A stretch of 64,000 nucleotides of DNA from the human T2T-CHM13v2.0 reference genome, Homo sapiens, in the NCBI RefSeq assembly GCF_009914755.1, contig NC_060927.1. One strand, 5' to 3'. The translations under genes were made by a program, and so were the position numbers. Shown piece after piece: positions 54,732 to 64,000 of the stretch. The notes beneath the pieces were generated by a model, which worked only from the letters and a program-made list of their open reading frames with translations, was not told where the DNA came from and did no database searches. Numbering within the stretch: the stretch's first letter is position 1; every line of letters begins with the position of its first letter.

Positions 54732-55074
54732 TGATACGGTTTGGCTCTGTGTCCTCACCAAAATCTCATCTCGAACTGTAATCCCCACCTGTCGAGGGAG
54801 GGACCTGGTGGGAGGTGACTGGATCACGGGAGCAGTTTCCTCTATGCTGTTGTTGTGATAGTGAGTTCTCACGAGATCTGATGGTTTAAAGTGTGGTACT
54901 TCCTTCCACTCCCCCACTTCTCTCTCTCCTGCTGTCTTGTGAAGAAGGTGCTTGCTTCCCCTTCACCTTCCTGAGGCCTCGCCAGCCATGCCATGAGTCA
55001 ACTAAATCTCTTTTCTTCATAAATTACCCAGTTCCAGGTAGTTCTTTATAGCAGTGTGAAAATGGAATAATACA
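54732..55074 (+). mobile_element. MSTA-like MaLR solo LTR
   Basis: TGATACGGTTTGGCTCTGTGTCC...AATACA; imperfect flanking repeat catgc/catag. Confidence 0.85.
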
Positions 55075-56815
55075 CATAGTGAAGAGAAAAAAACATAATT
55101 CTGAACATGACTTAGCAGGTACTGATATGATATTGTTCCTCCCTACTCACAGTTTATCTCATGTCACTCTCCATCCCCAGTGCTGGAGAAAAAAAAGGGG
55201 TGGGGGGAGGCTTTATTTCAGGCCTTCAAACATATCGCAGGGTCCTTGCATGACATAATCTCAGTCTGGGCCTAATAGCCTGCTCCCTTCTTCTTCTCCT
55301 AAACCCCACTTAAGACCTCAGTTCAACTGTCTCTTCCTTAGAAAAGTAGACTAAACAAAGGCATGTGTTAAAATTCTCATAATACCTCCTACTTTTCCTT
55401 CACAGCACCAATGATAGTTTAGAACTATGTATTTGTGATTATTTGATTTATATCTAACTTTACAAGCTTCTTTGCAAAAAGAACTAAGTCTGCTCTACAT
55501 GTTATATCTACCCAGAACCTAGTAGGCTTCCCGGAATATAAAATGTAGTAAATGATAATGTTTTGACAATGCTTAATAGTAAACAGCACTAAGGTGACAA
55601 ATCCATCAGCAATTACAATATCTAAGTAAGCCAAGAAATAATAAGGATAATCACTAGAGTGGTCTTTATAGTGTCTACATTTTAAAACCAAAATTGGACA
55701 TCTCAATTTAACCAAGAGTACCATCTTCGGCTGACAGATCTAAACCAGAGCTCATTTATCCAGCTCCCAGATCACCACTGTCCAGTACCCACAGACATAT
55801 TACAGATTTACATTCTTTTGAAAAAAATTCACTCACAAAGCATGATATATTAGATATAATGTCAATACAAACTCATGTAATACAACTTCAATTTAAATAT
55901 AACCTCTGTTTCATATTTTATCAAAGAGCTATTAAAGGCCTACCTAATACCCAACAGTGTCCTAGCAGCAGGACATACAAAAATAAGGCACACAATGCAG
56001 TTTAGGAGATGGGTCAGAAAAAACAAGAGACAATTATAAAATGTTACATTAAGTACTTTTCTGGAGGCATAAGACCTGAGCTAAGACTTAAATAGATAGT
56101 GGCTTGGCCAGGTAAGGGCAGAAGTGTATAAGTACAAAGAAAAGAAAGAAAATACTATAAGGGGCCCTCCAAACTTAAATATCATATAAATATGGTATTT
56201 ATACCATATTTATATATGTTCATATATTTATATATATGATATCATGCTCAGGTACAGGGGTAAAAAAGAAATAAGTAGGCAGAAATAAATTTTATCTCCC
56301 ATATGTCGGCGAAAGGACAGGAGGACAGTATTGATGGTTTTTCAAGCGGTTTAAAGAAATTTGGATAGCTCTGTGTCTTAGAATGCTGGAAGGGAAAAAA
56401 AGAAGGCCAAGAGATCAATCAGAGGTTCTCTCTTGAAAATAAGGTATGTAAATGAACTGAGTAGTAATAATATATAAATAACTACTTAAAGTGCTCATCA
56501 CTTTTATTATATCTAAACCATTGTTATACAGAATCAAAGTATGCAGATTCCCGACTTGCATCATGATAAAAGCTATGAAAGGAACAATATCTGCCATTCC
56601 TGTGATCACATTTCCCAGAATAAGTCCCAATTCTAAATCTGGCCAGGCACAGTGACTCATGCATGTAATCCCGGCACTTTGGGAGGCTGAGGTGGGCAGA
56701 CCACCTGAGGTCAGGAGTTCGAGACCAGCCTGGCCAACATAGTGAAACCCGTCTCTACTAAAAATACAAAAATTAGCCGGGCATGGTGGCACGTGCCTAT
56801 AATCCCAGCTACTCA

Positions 56816-56995
<180 letters not shown>

Positions 56996-57596
56996 TCAAA
57001 AATGTCAACTGGTGTATCCCTTACATTTCTTCTGGTAGCCGGAACACCTCAACAATCTCAATCTAAGGAAAAAGAAAGAATCATAATAAAAGAGCTGGAA
57101 GTGAGCAGGGAGGGGGGGTAGAGAAGGGGTAGAGAAAGAGTATGGTATAAGATAGGTGACACCAAACTATTTTTTGTAAATGGCCAGACTAAATATTTTA
57201 GGCTTTCCACGCAATACTATCACTGTCACAACTTGTAATACAAAGTAGTCATAAACAGCATGTAAAGGAATGAGTATGGCTCTCATCCAAAATTTTATTT
57301 TGCAAAAAGAGACAACATGCCATATTTGGCCCATGGGCCACAGTTTGCTGACTCCTGATATAGGACATTAACATCTTTTTTGTTGAATATCAGAAAACAT
57401 GTTGACAGTTCAATAGCAAAAGCCATGAATGGATACGGTAATTACACACCCTACTACTACTTACACTGCAAAGATATTGTCCCAATATCAAAGAACATAT
57501 TTGAAATGTATCATCGAAGAGAGCATTTTGATAAAGAAATAAGTTGTCCAAAATTTTCCTTAAAAAATATAAAAAAAAGAAAATTACAATACTTAC

Positions 57597-57625
57597 TGTA
57601 ACACTGGTAATTCTGAAGTAATCAT
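57597..57625 (-). CDS. STAG1: STAG1 first coding exon (coding part; whole exon 57597-57708 includes 83 nt of 5'UTR), MITSELPVL(Q)
   Basis: Minus strand: tttaattgacag|GATTGCC...CCAGCAATGATTACTTCAGAATTACCAGTGTTACA|gtaagt. Canonical splice sites; matches the recalled SA1 N-terminus; ends in phase 2, compatible with the next exon. Confidence 0.97.
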
Positions 57626-57789
57626 TGCTGGAGAGGTCCTTTCACAATGCAGCAAAATAATCAAGTGCTGTACAACTCAAAACTTTTAAAATAACCTCAA
57701 AGGCAATCCTGTCAATTAAAAAAAAGAAATTATTTTAAAATAAAATGAGGATGACAAAATTCATAAACTACAATCAATCCACACCACTA

Positions 57790-63005
<5,216 letters not shown>

Positions 63006-63280
63006 GAATCTCTTAGCAATGTATACACACACAGACATACAACGCAGGTGGTGGTAGTGGGGTGCCACATGATTTGCTAAGCAAATCAAAAATTATAATT
63101 ATGACAATGATGTTATTTGTGAAGCCACTTTTCAACAGTTTCTGTAAGTGGTACTCCATCTACATAGAAGAGATAGACTCATTTACTATTTTTAATGGAA
63201 TTTAACTATTTTACTCATGTTTATATCAAATCAAGTATATTAACAGAAAACTTTTTATTGAATATAACATACATGAATAT

Positions 63281-63869
63281 ACACTAAGTCTTAACGTCAA
63301 CCATGGGTTCTTGGAAACTAAGAGTTAAAGCAAAATGACATGTAACAAAACCAATTTTAGCATAGGCTAACTGATATAAACAATAGTTAAGTTCCTACAG
63401 CATACTTCTGGTCACAAAAAAATCAGCAAACTTCTAAACAAACACCAAAACATTTAAAATATTAAACACTAAAATAAATGTTAAGCTTTACATATATTTA
63501 AGAAAGATTAATTTTTAACAAGTCAGATAATTATTTACCCAATTATTCCAGCTCAGAATCGCAGGTGGCCAGAGCCTATCCCAGCAGCTCAGGGAGCAAG
63601 GTAAGAACAAACCCTGGACAGGTCACCATTCCATCACACAGGGCACTCACATACATACCTAAACTACTCATACTAGGACAATTTAGACATGTCAATTAAC
63701 AGGCACATGCACATATCTGGTATGTGGGAGAAAACCAGAGTACCCAAAGAAAAGAAATCCACACAGACATGGGGAAAATGTGCAAACTCCGCACAATGGC
63801 CCCAGCAAGCAATCTATTTTTCTTTCCCTCATCAACATTATAACAAAATGATATTTGACAGCCTACTGT
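63281..63869. mobile_element. MER82 (Tigger-type) DNA transposon
   Basis: cttaacgtcaaccatgggttcttggaaac...cataggctaactgatataaacaatagttaagttcctac...ctactgta matches recalled MER82. Confidence 0.75.
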
Positions 63870-64000
63870 ATACTTAAATTCTCTGTAGCATAAAGGTTTA
63901 AGTAGCATCAAGAAAATAAAGTTCCAAACTCTTTTCCCAGTAAAATTTAGCCTGTGAGACAGATTTTGTAGCTCTTTCAGTGAACAAAAAGAATGCCAAA

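Overview
This is human genomic DNA (an AluYb8 insertion marks it as human), almost entirely intronic sequence of STAG1 (cohesin subunit SA1) on the minus strand. Three coding exons are present: 57597-57708 (ATG at 57625), 49873-49975 and 31033-31197, together encoding aa 1-99. Most ORF-track entries are Alu or low-complexity artefacts. The introns hold about 60 Alus, L1/L2/MIR fragments, a decayed ERV-L gag-pro-pol, solo LTRs (THE1, MSTA, LTR10F-like) and DNA transposons (Tigger1, Tigger4, MER58, MER63, MER82). They also hold an HMGN1 processed pseudogene and a Y4 RNA pseudogene. The most notable observations are: (1) a heavily decayed TACSTD2/TROP2-like retrocopy at about 18.9-20.2 kb; (2) a ~700 bp-arm compound-Alu palindrome whose displaced target-site duplications imply an inversion; (3) the 165-nt STAG1 exon flanked by inverted Alus, predicting a single-exon circRNA with a stop-free ORF; (4) an AP-1-repeat LTR10 candidate enhancer. 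Family names come from recall of consensus sequences, not database searches, and repeat boundaries are approximate. No new functional system is demonstrated.
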